NCBI GenBank assembly: GCA_947426265.1
Contig: CANEDJ010000004.1
Span: forward strand, 1-55,575
DNA from: an uncultured Mycoplasmatota bacterium
Lineage (GTDB): Bacteria; Bacillota_I; Bacilli_A; RF39; UBA660
DNA length: 55,575 bases
Direction of reading: 5' to 3'
Below, in pieces: positions 1 to 10,489 of the stretch. The position numbers and the translations under genes are program-made. The notes beneath the pieces were generated by a model. That model searched no databases. It was not told the origin of the DNA and saw nothing but the letters and a program-made list of their open reading frames with translations. Within the stretch, counting starts at the first letter, position 1. Each line of letters opens with the position of its first letter.

Positions 1-3000
1 TTATAAACAATATCATTTTCTTTTATCAATCTATCATGAATATCATAACTATAAAAAATTTCTGAACCATTTTTGGTTGTTTTCTTCTTTAAAGTTCCAT
101 TACTATTATATTCCTTTGTTTCTATATTTCCTAATGGGTCTTTTTCTGTTAACTCTAAATTGAGCGCATTATAAGTATAAATCGTTCTTTTGTTATTTCC
201 ATCTGTAACAGTTAATAAATTATTATTGTTATCATAAGTATAAATGGTTACTTCATTTAGAGGATTTGTTATTTTTGTCACTTTGTTAAAATTATTATAT
301 TCATATCTTGTGATATTTCCATTTGGATCTGTTTTTGTTAACACATTTCCTAATGCATCATAAGTTGTTTTTTCGCTTCTATTTAATGGATCCATCTTTT
401 CAATCACTCTATCTAATTTATCATAAACAAATGTAGTTGTATGACCTAATCCATCTATGCTTTTTATTTGTCTCCCATTTAAATCATACTCTAGTTTTTC
501 AATTGTTTCATTTAACTCATTTTTCTTTTCTATCACTCTATCAAATGAATCATAAATATAAACTTTAGAATCTCCTAAATAATTGGTTTCTTTCACTAGA
601 TTATTATGACTATCATATTCATATGTGGTCTCTTGATTAAGAGGATTTTTGGTTTTAATAAGATTATTTAAACTATCATAAGTATGAATTGTAATATTGC
701 CATTTCCATCAATTTCTTTAATCACATTATTGTTGTTATCATACTCTTTTGAAGTCTCAATTTTTTGTTTTCCATCCGTTGATTCTTCTACTGTCTTTAA
801 TAAATTGCCTCGATTATCATAAGAATACAAAATTACTTTATTGCTTGTTTTAATTTTTACAACATTTCCATTTTTATCATATTCATATTCTTCAATATAA
901 CCCAATGGATTTGTTTTCTTGACTAACTGATTTAATGTATTGTATTCATAAGTTGTTATGTTGTTATTTGCATCTTTTTTCTTAGTTAAATTATTCATCA
1001 AATCATATTCATTTTGTTCTATGACTAAAGAACCTACTTTTTTCTCTTTTACGTTTCCTCTTTCATCATAAACAGAATAAGTATAAATACTCTTTTCATT
1101 TCTTTCTGTTACTATATTTGATAACGTATCATAACTATAAGTTTTGTAATTGCCTAATTTATCTGTTACTCGAACAATTCTATTTAACTGATCATAAGCA
1201 TAAGTTACACTATTTCCTAATGGATCTATTTCTTTTAATACATTATTGTTTTTATCATAAGTGTATTGATAAGTAATTGTATCATTGATCGTTTTTGAAA
1301 TGACATTGTCAAATTTATCATAACTATAAACTATTGTTTTATTTTGTTCCTTTGTTTTTATCAAACGATTATTAAAATCATAAGAATGTGTTGTAATAAA
1401 ATTTTTAGGACTCGTTTCTTTTATTACATTATTACGTTTATCATAACTATATTTTGTAATATTTCCATTTGAATCTGTTTTTTCTATTACATTTCCCATA
1501 TTGTCATAAGAAATCATTTCTTGAGTTATGTTATCTAATATTGTTTTTGTTATTTGATAGTTCTTATTATATTGATATTCTGTAACAACATTTTCACCAG
1601 TTGTTTTCTTTAATAAATTCCCAACTCCATCGTATTCGTAAGCTGTAATAATTCCTTCTAAATTCTCTTTTGTCACTTTATTTAAATCATTATATTCATA
1701 TGTCTTTGTTTGATATTTATCTTCACTGATTTTTATTTTTTGTGTTAAAACATTTCCATAAATATCATAAGTATATTCTATTTCTTCTCCACTTGAAGTT
1801 GTTTTTTTAATCACTTGTCCTATATTATCATACTCGTAAGTTGTTATAACATAACTAGATGGTGTTCCACTAGAAGAAACTGTATTTTTTCCTATTTTTT
1901 CTTCTATTAATCTGCCTAAATGATCATAAGTATAAAGAGTACAAATATAATAACTATTTGCTTGAACACATTTTTTACTTAACTGATTTACTTTATCATA
2001 GTAATAATATGTATATGCTCCATTTCTATCTACAGTTGATGAAACTTGACCATTTTTATAATAATTGGTGGTTGCTGAATTTGTTTCTAATTTTTCTATT
2101 GTTTTAAATCCACGATTATTATAACTTTCTACCATAGTTTTGAAATCAGTATCATTTGTATGTGTTTTAGTTGTTACTGTAGAAGTAGAACCTAATGTAT
2201 AAGTTTTTTCTTCTAATAAAGTTGTCTCTTCTCCCTCTTCAAAAGAAGTTTTTACTAATCTATTTAAAGTATCATATTCATAAACATAATTTGAATCATT
2301 TGGAAGATTTTTTCTTATTACATTTCCATATTGATCATATTGATAAGTCGTAATATTACCTTCTCTATCAGTTTCTTTTATTTTATTTCCTGAAATATCA
2401 TATTCATAAGTAATTGCATCACAGATCATACTATTGTCACTTGTAGAAAGTAAACTTTGATTGGAATTCCAATTTAAAGATTTTGTAACATTTGTAATTA
2501 ACGTAATTTCTTTACAATTTCCATCCATTACTTTAATTGGTTTATTTTGATAATTGTATTCTGTTTTAGAAATTAATTTAGAATCTTTTCTGATACTTGT
2601 GACATTTCCACGATTGTCATACTCATATTCTGTAATATAACCATCTTCTACCTGTTCTGTTAAAGTCCAACCTAGTTTATTTCTTGTATAAACTGTTTCA
2701 ACATTATTTGCATTCATAATAGAAATAATGTCTCCATTGTCATTATAAGTATAAGTGGTTGTTCCTTTATCATCTGTTTTTGTTTTGATTAATCCTTTGA
2801 TATTATTTACTTCAGAAGGTTCATAATAAGTGTAAGAAATAATTTGAAATTTGCTTTGATCTGCTTCTTCACTATATATAGTTTTCCCATCTAATGGTTT
2901 TACTTGTTTTAATAATGTAACTTCATCAGTATCATAAATATATTCTGTAATGCTTCCAACTTCATTGATTTCTTTGGTGACTTGATTTTTAGAATTATAG

Positions 3001-6000
3001 GTATATTGTTTGATTCCAGAATCCGGATTGGTTACTTTGATAATATTTCCTTTTTCATCTCTTGTATAAGTTGTTTTTGCTGAATTAATATCAGTAATAG
3101 ACGCTACCTCTCCATATTTATTTGTTCCATTTTCTAACTGATAAGTGGTTGTTTTAGCATTTCCATTTGGATTAATTTCTTTATAGACATAACCATCTCT
3201 ATCATAATATTTTTTTGTAATCCTATTATTTGAATCTGTTTCTGTTGTCATATTAGAACTACTATCATAAGTATATGTTATAGTTAATCCTTTTTCATTG
3301 GTTAATTTAGAAATATAATCTTTATAAATACCTTCTGTTATATACTCTAGTGTTAACATAATATAATTATTTTCTTTTATATGAATTAATTGTTTAGATT
3401 CATTATAACTATAAATAGTTTCAATGCCATTTGTATTGATTACTTTAGAAAGTAAATTATCTTTATAGCGATATTCTGTTGTTCTATTCATTGGATCAGT
3501 AACTTTGGTAAGCAAATCATTTTGATATTCTAATATATAAGTTCTATGATTAGAATCTGTAATAGAAGTTAACAAATGATTCGTATAAGTTAAAACGGTT
3601 TTATTTCCATATTGATCAGTAATACTTTCTAACTTTCCATTTTTACCATAAGTATAAATCATTTGTTCTTTTGTTGTTAATACATATTTCTCATTTACAA
3701 TTTGGAATGTATTTCTACTATTTAAAGAAACATATTGTTCATCCTGTTTCATAAAGACATTAATAGAACTATCTGGTAAATGAACAAGATAGGAATGATC
3801 TCCATAAGGATGTTTTTCTACATAAGAATCATAACTAAATGACCATCCATACCCCAATATACTTTCTTTTGTATTTTTAGAATTGTAAGTTCTTATAATA
3901 TTCAAATTATTTGATACTTCGAAATCTACATATTTCCTACTATAATTTCCGTTAAAAGAATTGACTCCTACTTTTCCAAAATGAGGTGCATCATAGACAA
4001 TTGTTTTAATTAATTCTAATGAAGCTTCATCATTTTTAATAAATGTTGTATTATAAGGATAAAACTGAATATTATCACTAACTGTATAAAATCCTCCCTC
4101 ATAAGAACCTGTGTATGGATTTTTAAACTTTGGCCCTTTTTCTGACCCCCAATAATTATAAGGGGCTTTTACTACTATATTGGAAGTAATAGAACCATTA
4201 ATAGAATTATTCACCAATAACTGATCTAAATTTTCTGTATCATATTTTATTCCACCTATTATTTTAGAATTCCATATACTAAGTTGACCATAATTTGTAA
4301 TTGCAAAACCTTTTAAATTTTTAATTTCTGCATTACTAGCAATCATTTGACCACTACTATTAATTACAATACCATTACCATAATAGCTAGATGTAGTAAC
4401 TTCCTCACTTGTTATCATTGTAGGCGAATTATCTTGCCCTGATAAATTTAAAATACCATTTACAGTTATCATGTTATCTTTTTGAATTTTTAATGTTGCA
4501 CCTGAAGATATTTCTAATATTGTATTTTCAGGAATCGTCATATCTCCAAAAAGCACGTATGAACCAGCTGGAATTTTTACATTATTAACATTATTTGGAA
4601 TTAATAAAATCTCACTATATTTAAAATTATATGTATTTCGATTTCCAGAAACATTAACAAATAAATTTTCATCTACAATGTCTAATAATGCCTTTATAAC
4701 GTAGTTTCCATAATCACTTCCTGTTATTTTATTATTTTTTATAGAAACGCTTCCATTTGGTCTATAATTTAATATTATACTAGAATTAAGAATATTTTCT
4801 TCCAATACTAAATTCCTACTATCTTCACCTATCATTACAGTATCTGGAAGCACACTATTTTTTAATGAAATATCTCCATTATTTGTTACTCTTCCAAGAC
4901 ATAAAGCATTACCAGATTTTTCTATTCTAATATTATTACCCTCTAATGTACCCTCATTATATATCGCATCTACTGGCCCAATTGAAGATCCTGGATTATT
5001 ATAACCATTCTTTATCACAGAATAATTCATGATTGCTTGTCCGCTTGGATTAATATGTATAAATTTATTGTTATCAGTAGATGATCCTGGATTATTATAA
5101 TTAATTTTGACTGGATTTTCTTCTGTTCCAAATAATTCAAAAGTGCCATTAACTGTTATTTTTTTTCTACTTTCAAAATTAATAGCACTTCCTTCTTCAA
5201 CTATCAAATTGGTTCCTTCTAGTATTTCTAAATTATCCCGTAATTCATAAGTTCCGCTATATAGTTTAACGTTTCTAATCACGTTTCCTGTTAATTGAAC
5301 TGATACACCATTATTTCTAACATTTTTTAGTGTTAGTAAATCACAAATTTCTAATGGAATAATTATTTTACCTGTTTGGGAATTATTATCTCCCATAAAA
5401 CGATTATCATAAATTTCATTATTTTGACTTCCTTCTTTTAAAATAACGTTTGATAGTAAGGTACTATTTGTTAACTTTATATATCCTGCATTTGTTATAT
5501 TTCCTAAATATGTTTTATGTGAAGAAGAATCTATTGTTATGTAATCTGCTTTTAATATTCCTTCATTGTATATCACATCTACTGGCCCTATTGAAGATCC
5601 TGGATTATAATAATCATTCTTTATCACAGAATAATTCATGATTGCTTGTCCGCTTGGATTAATATGTATAAATTTATTGTTATCAGTAGATGATCCTGGA
5701 TTATTATAATTAATTTTGACTGGATTTTCTTCTGTTCCAAATAATTCAAAAGTGCCATTAACTGTTATTTTTTTTCTACTTTCAAAATTAATAGCACTTC
5801 CTTCTTCAACTATCAAATTGGTTCCTTCTAGTATTTCTAAATTATCCCGTAATTCATAAGTTCCGCTATATAGTTTAACGTTTCTAATCACGTTTCCTGT
5901 TAATTGAACTGATACACCATTATTTCTAACATTTTTTAGTGTTAGTAAATCACAAATTTCTAATGGAATAATTATTTTACCTGTTTGGGAATTATTATCT

Positions 6001-6665
6001 CCCATAAAACGATTATCATAAATTTCATTATTTTGACTTCCTTCTTTTAAAATAACGTTTGATAGTAAGGTACTATTTGTTAACTTTATATATCCTGCAT
6101 TTGTTATATTTCCTAAATATGTTTTATGTGAAGAAGAATCTATTGTTATGTAATCTGCTTTTAATATTCCTTCATTGTATATCACATCTACTGGCCCTAT
6201 TGAAGATCCTGGATTATAATAATCATTCTTTATCACAGAATAATTCATGATCACTTGTCCGCTTGAATTAATATATATAAATTTATTATTATCAGTTGAT
6301 GATCCTGGATTATTATAATTAATTTTGACTGAATTTTCTTCTGTACCAAATAATTCTAAAGTGCCATTAACTGTTATTTTTTTTCTACTTTCAAAATTAA
6401 TAATACTCCCTGCTTCTACTTCAACTATTACTCCCTCTTTAATTACAAGATCTTTACTAACAGTATAATTTCCTTTATGGAGCAACGTATCTTCTGTTAT
6501 TTCCCCAGAAAACTCTCCACCATTTAAAAATACTGTTGGTTCGAATACTTTTTCTCTTTCCACCTCACTTGCCAATATAATTTCTTCTTTTTGTTTTTCT
6601 AATTGATTACTTGGAATAAATACAACCATCATCAAAAAGAAAACCAACCATATCTTTTTCTTCAT
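1..6665 (-). CDS. Large secreted RHS/YD-repeat protein (signal peptide, beta-helix-like repeats, DUF6531-like domain, YD repeats); 3' end lies outside the window
   Basis: ATG at 6665 after an AGGAG RBS. Start reads MKKKIWLVFFLMMVVFIPSNQ (signal-like). Near 3990-3830 it reads GVNSFNGNY...IIRTYNSK...ILGYGWSFSYD, followed by many YD/DPxG repeats. The reading at base 3 is in frame with the start (...YDIHDRLIKENDIVY); not every intervening codon was checked. Confidence 0.9.
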   Translation of the reverse strand, partial: MKKKIWLVFFLMMVVFIPSNQLEKQKEEIILASEVEREKVFEPTVFLNGGEFSGEITEDTLLHKGNYTVSKDLVIKEGVIVEVEAGSIINFESRKKITVNGTLELFGTEENSVKINYNNPGSSTDNNKFIYINSSGQVIMNYSVIKNDYYNPGSSIGPVDVIYNEGILKADYITIDSSSHKTYLGNITNAGYIKLTNSTLLSNVILKEGSQNNEIYDNRFMGDNNSQTGKIIIPLEICDLLTLKNVRNNGVSVQLTGNVIRNVKLYSGTYELRDNLEILEGTNLIVEEGSAINFESRKKITVNGTFELFGTEENPVKINYNNPGSSTDNNKFIHINPSGQAIMNYSVIKNDYYNPGSSIGPVDVIYNEGILKADYITIDSSSHKTYLGNITNAGYIKLTNSTLLSNVILKEGSQNNEIYDNRFMGDNNSQTGKIIIPLEICDLLTLKNVRNNGVSVQLTGNVIRNVKLYSGTYELRDNLEILEGTNLIVEEGSAINFESRKKITVNGTFELFGTEENPVKINYNNPGSSTDNNKFIHINPSGQAIMNYSVIKNGYNNPGSSIGPVDAIYNEGTLEGNNIRIEKSGNALCLGRVTNNGDISLKNSVLPDTVMIGEDSRNLVLEENILNSSIILNYRPNGSVSIKNNKITGSDYGNYVIKALLDIVDENLFVNVSGNRNTYNFKYSEILLIPNNVNNVKIPAGSYVLFGDMTIPENTILEISSGATLKIQKDNMITVNGILNLSGQDNSPTMITSEEVTTSSYYGNGIVINSSGQMIASNAEIKNLKGFAITNYGQLSIWNSKIIGGIKYDTENLDQLLVNNSINGSITSNIVVKAPYNYWGSEKGPKFKNPYTGSYEGGFYTVSDNIQFYPYNTTFIKNDEASLELIKTIVYDAPHFGKVGVNSFNGNYSRKYVDFEVSNNLNIIRTYNSKNTKESILGYGWSFSYDSYVEKHPYGDHSYLVHLPDSSINVFMKQDEQYVSLNSRNTFQIVNEKYVLTTKEQMIYTYGKNGKLESITDQYGNKTVLTYTNHLLTSITDSNHRTYILEYQNDLLTKVTDPMNRTTEYRYKDNLLSKVINTNGIETIYSYNESKQLIHIKENNYIMLTLEYITEGIYKDYISKLTNEKGLTITYTYDSSSNMTTETDSNNRITKKYYDRDGYVYKEINPNGNAKTTTYQLENGTNKYGEVASITDINSAKTTYTRDEKGNIIKVTNPDSGIKQYTYNSKNQVTKEINEVGSITEYIYDTDEVTLLKQVKPLDGKTIYSEEADQSKFQIISYTYYEPSEVNNIKGLIKTKTDDKGTTTYTYNDNGDIISIMNANNVETVYTRNKLGWTLTEQVEDGYITEYEYDNRGNVTSIRKDSKLISKTEYNYQNKPIKVMDGNCKEITLITNVTKSLNWNSNQSLLSTSDNSMICDAITYEYDISGNKIKETDREGNITTYQYDQYGNVIRKNLPNDSNYVYEYDTLNRLVKTSFEEGEETTLLEEKTYTLGSTSTVTTKTHTNDTDFKTMVESYNNRGFKTIEKLETNSATTNYYKNGQVSSTVDRNGAYTYYYYDKVNQLSKKCVQANSYYICTLYTYDHLGRLIEEKIGKNTVSSSGTPSSYVITTYEYDNIGQVIKKTTSSGEEIEYTYDIYGNVLTQKIKISEDKYQTKTYEYNDLNKVTKENLEGIITAYEYDGVGNLLKKTTGENVVTEYQYNKNYQITKTILDNITQEMISYDNMGNVIEKTDSNGNITKYSYDKRNNVIKETSPKNFITTHSYDFNNRLIKTKEQNKTIVYSYDKFDNVISKTINDTITYQYTYDKNNNVLKEIDPLGNSVTYAYDQLNRIVRVTDKLGNYKTYSYDTLSNIVTERNEKSIYTYSVYDERGNVKEKKVGSLVIEQNEYDLMNNLTKKKDANNNITTYEYNTLNQLVKKTNPLGYIEEYEYDKNGNVVKIKTSNKVILYSYDNRGNLLKTVEESTDGKQKIETSKEYDNNNNVIKEIDGNGNITIHTYDSLNNLIKTKNPLNQETTYEYDSHNNLVKETNYLGDSKVYIYDSFDRVIEKKNELNETIEKLEYDLNGRQIKSIDGLGHTTTFVYDKLDRVIEKMDPLNRSEKTTYDALGNVLTKTDPNGNITRYEYNNFNKVTKITNPLNEVTIYTYDNNNNLLTVTDGNNKRTIYTYNALNLELTEKDPLGNIETKEYNSNGTLKKKTTKNGSEIFYSYDIHDRLIKENDIVY
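4965..6401. repeat. 609-bp in-frame tandem repeat, about 2.4 copies, inside the RHS gene
   Basis: CATCTACTGGCC recurs at 4967, 5576 and 6185. The antisense ORFs 5450..5641 and 6059..6250 are identical. The outer partial segments carry substitutions. Confidence 0.97.
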
Positions 6666-6680
6666 ACCTTACTCCTTACT

Positions 6681-6730
6681 AAAAAAATCACCTTGTTATT
6701 TTGATTAATACTTTCAAAATACAAGATGAC
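6681..6730 (-). terminator. Intrinsic terminator-like hairpin in the RHS 5' leader
   Basis: Minus-strand RNA GUCAUCUUGUAUUUUGA-9 nt-UCAAAAUAACAAGGUGAU followed by a U tract, ending a few nt before the RBS. Confidence 0.7.
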
Positions 6731-6803
6731 TCTATTCTTTATTCGTACCAACCAAAAAACATAATCTTACCTGTTGTTAGTACTACTTTCTACTGTTAAT
6801 CAC

Positions 6804-6832
6804 ATAGTAACATACATACACTAATAAATCAA
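6804..6832 (-). promoter_or_regulatory. Putative sigma-A promoter of the RHS gene
   Basis: TTGATT-17 bp-TACTAT with an extended -10 TG. Confidence 0.55.
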
Positions 6833-6926
6833 TCATTTGTGAAAAAAAAGTGAAATTCATAATATTAAACTTATCAGACAAACTTTTCTTTTCACCAAAC
6901 ATAAGATATAATCAATATAAAGAGAG

Positions 6927-7556
6927 ATGAAGAAAATGGGAATTGATAACGAATTAAAAAAATATATTGAAACTAATATATTTCCAAAATATGAAAAATC
7001 CCATGAAATAGAACATATAAAATATGTAATTGATAGATGTTTTTCCCTCATCAAACAAAATGGATTAATAATTCACCCCAATATAATTTATACAATTGCA
7101 GCATACCATGATATTGGACATCATATTAATTCCAAAACTCACGAAATGATATCAGCAAAAATTATGATACAAGATAAAAACTTACATCAATTTTTTTCTG
7201 ATAAAGAATTCATTATAATAAAAGAAGCAATTGAAGATCATTGTGCTAGTTCAAAAAGGAAACCTAGAAGTATATATGGAAAACTCATATCTTCTACTGA
7301 CAGAAATAACAGTGTTGAACAATGCTTAATATAGGGAAAGAAACTAGATCTCAAAGCAGATGATGAAGCTTTATTTTTAAGATCTTTTGAAGTATTAAAG
7401 CAAAAATTTGGAATTGGTGGTTACGCAAAATTTTATTTTAAAGATATAATCTATGAACAATTTTTACAAGAATTAAGAATCCTATTACAAAATCAAGAAA
7501 TATTTTGTGAAATTCAAAGAAAATACATAAAAGAACTAAAAAGCCAAGGAAAATAG
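6927..7556 (+). pseudogene. HD-domain phosphohydrolase interrupted by an in-frame TAG at 7332-7334
   Basis: H..EH and AAYHDIGH motifs. After the TAG the same frame continues for 73 codons (GKKLD...KFGIGGYAKFYF) to TAG at 7554-7556. Confidence 0.8.
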
Positions 7557-7667
7557 AAAATTATTTTTACCCATTTTTTGTAAAGTCAAAATATGAAATG
7601 AATAACAAGTCTGTTTTTTTGAAAAAACAGCTTTTTTTGTGGTAAAATAATAAACGGAGTTGATATT

Positions 7668-8216
7668 ATGTTTAAGAAATTAAATATACTTGATGAAAAA
7701 AATCCTCTTTTGCGCAAAAAAAGTGAAGATGCCATTTTCCCACTTTCTAAAGAGGAAAAAGTTTTAATTCAAAGAATGATTGATCATCTGACATATAGTC
7801 AAATTGAAGAATATGAAAAAAAATATGATTTACGTCCTGGAATGGGACTTGCATTTCCACAATTAGGAATCAATAAAAGAATCATTGTAATTGTCTATGA
7901 AGTAGAAGAAGGAACTTTTGAAAATTACGTATTCATCAATCCTAAAATCGTCAGTCATTCAACAGAAATGATTGCCGCTGAAGCTGGAGAAGGATGTTTG
8001 AGTGTCAATAGAGAAGTAGAAGGACATGTTGCTAGATACGCTAGAGTTACTGTAGAAGGATTCGATGAGAATGGAGCCCCAATCAGAGTTCGTGCTAGAG
8101 AAGATTTGGCGCTTGCTTTCCAACATGAAATTGATCATCTAGATGGAATTTTATTCTATGATAGAATCAATAAAAAACACCCATTCTATACAGAACAAGA
8201 AATGAGGTTAATTTAA
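7668..8216 (+). CDS. def: Peptide deformylase
   Basis: GMGLAFPQLG, EGCLS and QHEIDHLDG motifs. Confidence 0.97.
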   Translation: MFKKLNILDEKNPLLRKKSEDAIFPLSKEEKVLIQRMIDHLTYSQIEEYEKKYDLRPGMGLAFPQLGINKRIIVIVYEVEEGTFENYVFINPKIVSHSTEMIAAEAGEGCLSVNREVEGHVARYARVTVEGFDENGAPIRVRAREDLALAFQHEIDHLDGILFYDRINKKHPFYTEQEMRLI

Positions 8217-10141
8217 TGAGAGCAACCTATAAATTAATTTTATTAATTATTATCGCTTGCACCTCTTCTATTTTGATTTACCACTTTGTAGATAAAGTAG
8301 AACCAGTAAAAGAAATAGAAGATTTCCTAGTTACACAAAATAAAAAAGAATTATCCATTGTTTCAGATAGTTCTTCCTATACAGCTCTTAATCCTAAGAT
8401 TGTTTTAAACCCTTATGATATTTCGCCTTTGACGGCTCTTTTAATTTTTGAAACAAAGGATTTAACAGCACCTACAATTACAGTAGTTGGAAAAGATGAG
8501 AAAACTACCATTACCAATACTTTTACTCCTTCAAAAAAGCATTTTCTTCCAATATATGGATTATATGCAGATACCAATAATGAAGTTTTATTAACGGTAA
8601 ATGGAGTCACTACTAAATTATCAATTCAAACCGAAAAGCTTCCAGATGATTTTGTATTACCAACTAAAGTAGAAAAAACAAGTGAAGTGAGTAATGAACT
8701 TTATTTCTTTACTCCTTCTTCTACGGGTTACACAGCTGCTTATGATCAAAACGGAGATGTCAGATGGTATTTGACTGAAAACTTTATTTGGGATATTCAA
8801 AGATTACAAAACGGCCATTTATTACTAAGTAGTAATCGCCTTATTAATCCCCCATATTATATGGCTGGTTTAATGGAAATGGATTTGCTTGGAAAAGTTT
8901 ATTATGAATATACACTTCCTGGAGGATATCATCATGATGTATATGAAATGGATGATGGAAATTTCCTTATTGCCTCTGACAACTTTGAAGATGGTACTGT
9001 AGAAGATACCATTGTTGAAATTGATAGAACAACTGGAGAAATTATAAAAACGATTGATTTAAAAGAAATTATTCCTACAAATGAAGGACACAATTTATAT
9101 ACTACAGAATATGATTGGTTCCATAACAATTCTGTTTGGTTTGATAAAAAAACAAATTCTATTACACTTTCGGGAAGACATCAAGATATTGTCGTTAATA
9201 TCGATTATGATTCTCTTGAAATCAATTGGATTTTAGGAGATCCTACAAATTGGAGCAAAGAATATCAAAAATACTTTTTAACTCCAACTGGAGATAATTT
9301 TGAATATCAATATGCACAGCATGCAGCAAAAATTCTTCCAAATGGGGACTTGTTCTTATTTGATAATGGAAATAACCGATCTAAAACAGAAACAAAAGTA
9401 AGTGCTGATAACAATTATAGCCGAGGGGTTATCTATCATATTGACACAAACAACAAAACAGTAGAACAAGTTTGGCAATACGGAAAAGAAGAAGGTAGTA
9501 ACTTTTATTCTCCTTACATTTCTGATGTTGATTATTTGAATGAAAATCATTACTCTATTTTATCAGGAGGACATTCTACAGTAGATGGAAAAGTAAACAA
9601 TGATCCAGCAGGATTTGCAAATGTTGATAGTTTAAATAGCATTCTCGTAGAAATAAAAAATAACAAACAAATACTAAGAATGGAATTCCCTACTAATTTC
9701 TATAGAACTGAGAAAATGAATTTGTATGGAAATGACCGATACTTTGTTGGACTAGGATCTAGATTAGGAACTATGGGAGAAACCAAAACAGCTTCTAAAA
9801 ATCCATTTATTTTATGGAATAAAGAAGATAATAAGATATTCGAAAAATATAATTTGAAAATTTATAAAGAAGCTGACCGATTAGTTGTATCTGGAACATT
9901 TAAAAAAGATGATCATGTCCAAATCATTTTAGATAGCCTTTTTAAAAACAAAACTTACAACATGATTATTTCTAAAAAACCCTATACAGCAATGTGTGTA
10001 GATATCTTTAATGAAGAAGAAACAAAAAATGGAATTCATGTTACAAAATATATCAATGATATTGGCTTAAAAGGAAAATATTACATTTATATAAAAATCA
10101 ATAACACAGTTTATGATATCAACCAATATGTTGAATATTAA
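8216..10141 (+). CDS. Aryl-sulfate sulfotransferase (ASST family), N-terminally anchored or secreted
   Basis: LNPYDISPLTA Ig-like N-domain; YHHD, DWFHNNS, SGRHQ, YAQH and FDNGNNR motifs; TAATG overlap with def. Confidence 0.9.
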   Translation: MRATYKLILLIIIACTSSILIYHFVDKVEPVKEIEDFLVTQNKKELSIVSDSSSYTALNPKIVLNPYDISPLTALLIFETKDLTAPTITVVGKDEKTTITNTFTPSKKHFLPIYGLYADTNNEVLLTVNGVTTKLSIQTEKLPDDFVLPTKVEKTSEVSNELYFFTPSSTGYTAAYDQNGDVRWYLTENFIWDIQRLQNGHLLLSSNRLINPPYYMAGLMEMDLLGKVYYEYTLPGGYHHDVYEMDDGNFLIASDNFEDGTVEDTIVEIDRTTGEIIKTIDLKEIIPTNEGHNLYTTEYDWFHNNSVWFDKKTNSITLSGRHQDIVVNIDYDSLEINWILGDPTNWSKEYQKYFLTPTGDNFEYQYAQHAAKILPNGDLFLFDNGNNRSKTETKVSADNNYSRGVIYHIDTNNKTVEQVWQYGKEEGSNFYSPYISDVDYLNENHYSILSGGHSTVDGKVNNDPAGFANVDSLNSILVEIKNNKQILRMEFPTNFYRTEKMNLYGNDRYFVGLGSRLGTMGETKTASKNPFILWNKEDNKIFEKYNLKIYKEADRLVVSGTFKKDDHVQIILDSLFKNKTYNMIISKKPYTAMCVDIFNEEETKNGIHVTKYINDIGLKGKYYIYIKINNTVYDINQYVEY

Positions 10142-10159
10142 AGCTTCTTAGGAAGCTTT
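10140..10159. terminator. Bidirectional terminator between convergent ASST and ylmC
   Basis: AAAGCTTC-TTAG-GAAGCTTT. Confidence 0.7.
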
Positions 10160-10390
10160 TTATAATACTATTTTTACCAAAATTACATCCTCCCCTATCT
10201 TTTCGATTTGAGACCACTTTATTCCAATTTCTCCATTGTTAGAAAACATTGAAACAAAAAACTTTGACTTTTCTACAATTAATTCTGCCATTTTTCCTTC
10301 TGAATCGATCGAAACATCAATAATATTTCCAACTTTTTTGCCATCTACTAAATTAATAACATCTTTATTTTGTAAATCAGATAAACGCAT
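10160..10390 (-). CDS. ylmC: YlmC/YmxH family sporulation PRC-barrel protein
   Basis: MRLSDLQNKDVINLVDGKKVG...IKWSQIEKIGEDVILV; ATG at 10390 preferred over 10399. Confidence 0.9.
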   Translation of the reverse strand: MRLSDLQNKDVINLVDGKKVGNIIDVSIDSEGKMAELIVEKSKFFVSMFSNNGEIGIKWSQIEKIGEDVILVKIVL

Positions 10391-10440
10391 AAATACCACC
10401 CACTTAGTTCTATTTTATGTTTAAAAAAAGTCTATATTCT

Positions 10441-10470
10441 GTTTAAAAAATGAAAAGTCTCTTCATAATA
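10441..10470 (+). promoter_or_regulatory. Possible forespore sigma (F/G) promoter for sigG
   Basis: GTTTA-18 bp-CATAATA, close to the sigma-G consensus GHATR-N18-CATAHTA. Confidence 0.4.
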
Positions 10471-10489
10471 CCTTTGAAAGGAGAAGATT

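Noticed and set aside
5450-6250. Two identical 63-aa + strand ORFs
   Set aside because: They are antisense shadows of the 609-bp repeat inside the RHS gene, with TTG starts and no RBS.
4965-6401. Repeat as CRISPR array or DGR template/variable pair
   Set aside because: The unit is 609 bp, in frame and coding; there are no spacers, cas genes or reverse transcriptase in the window.
7332-7334. Stop-codon reassignment or pyrrolysine read-through
   Set aside because: TAG and TGA both end intact genes in this window, and no pyl genes are present.
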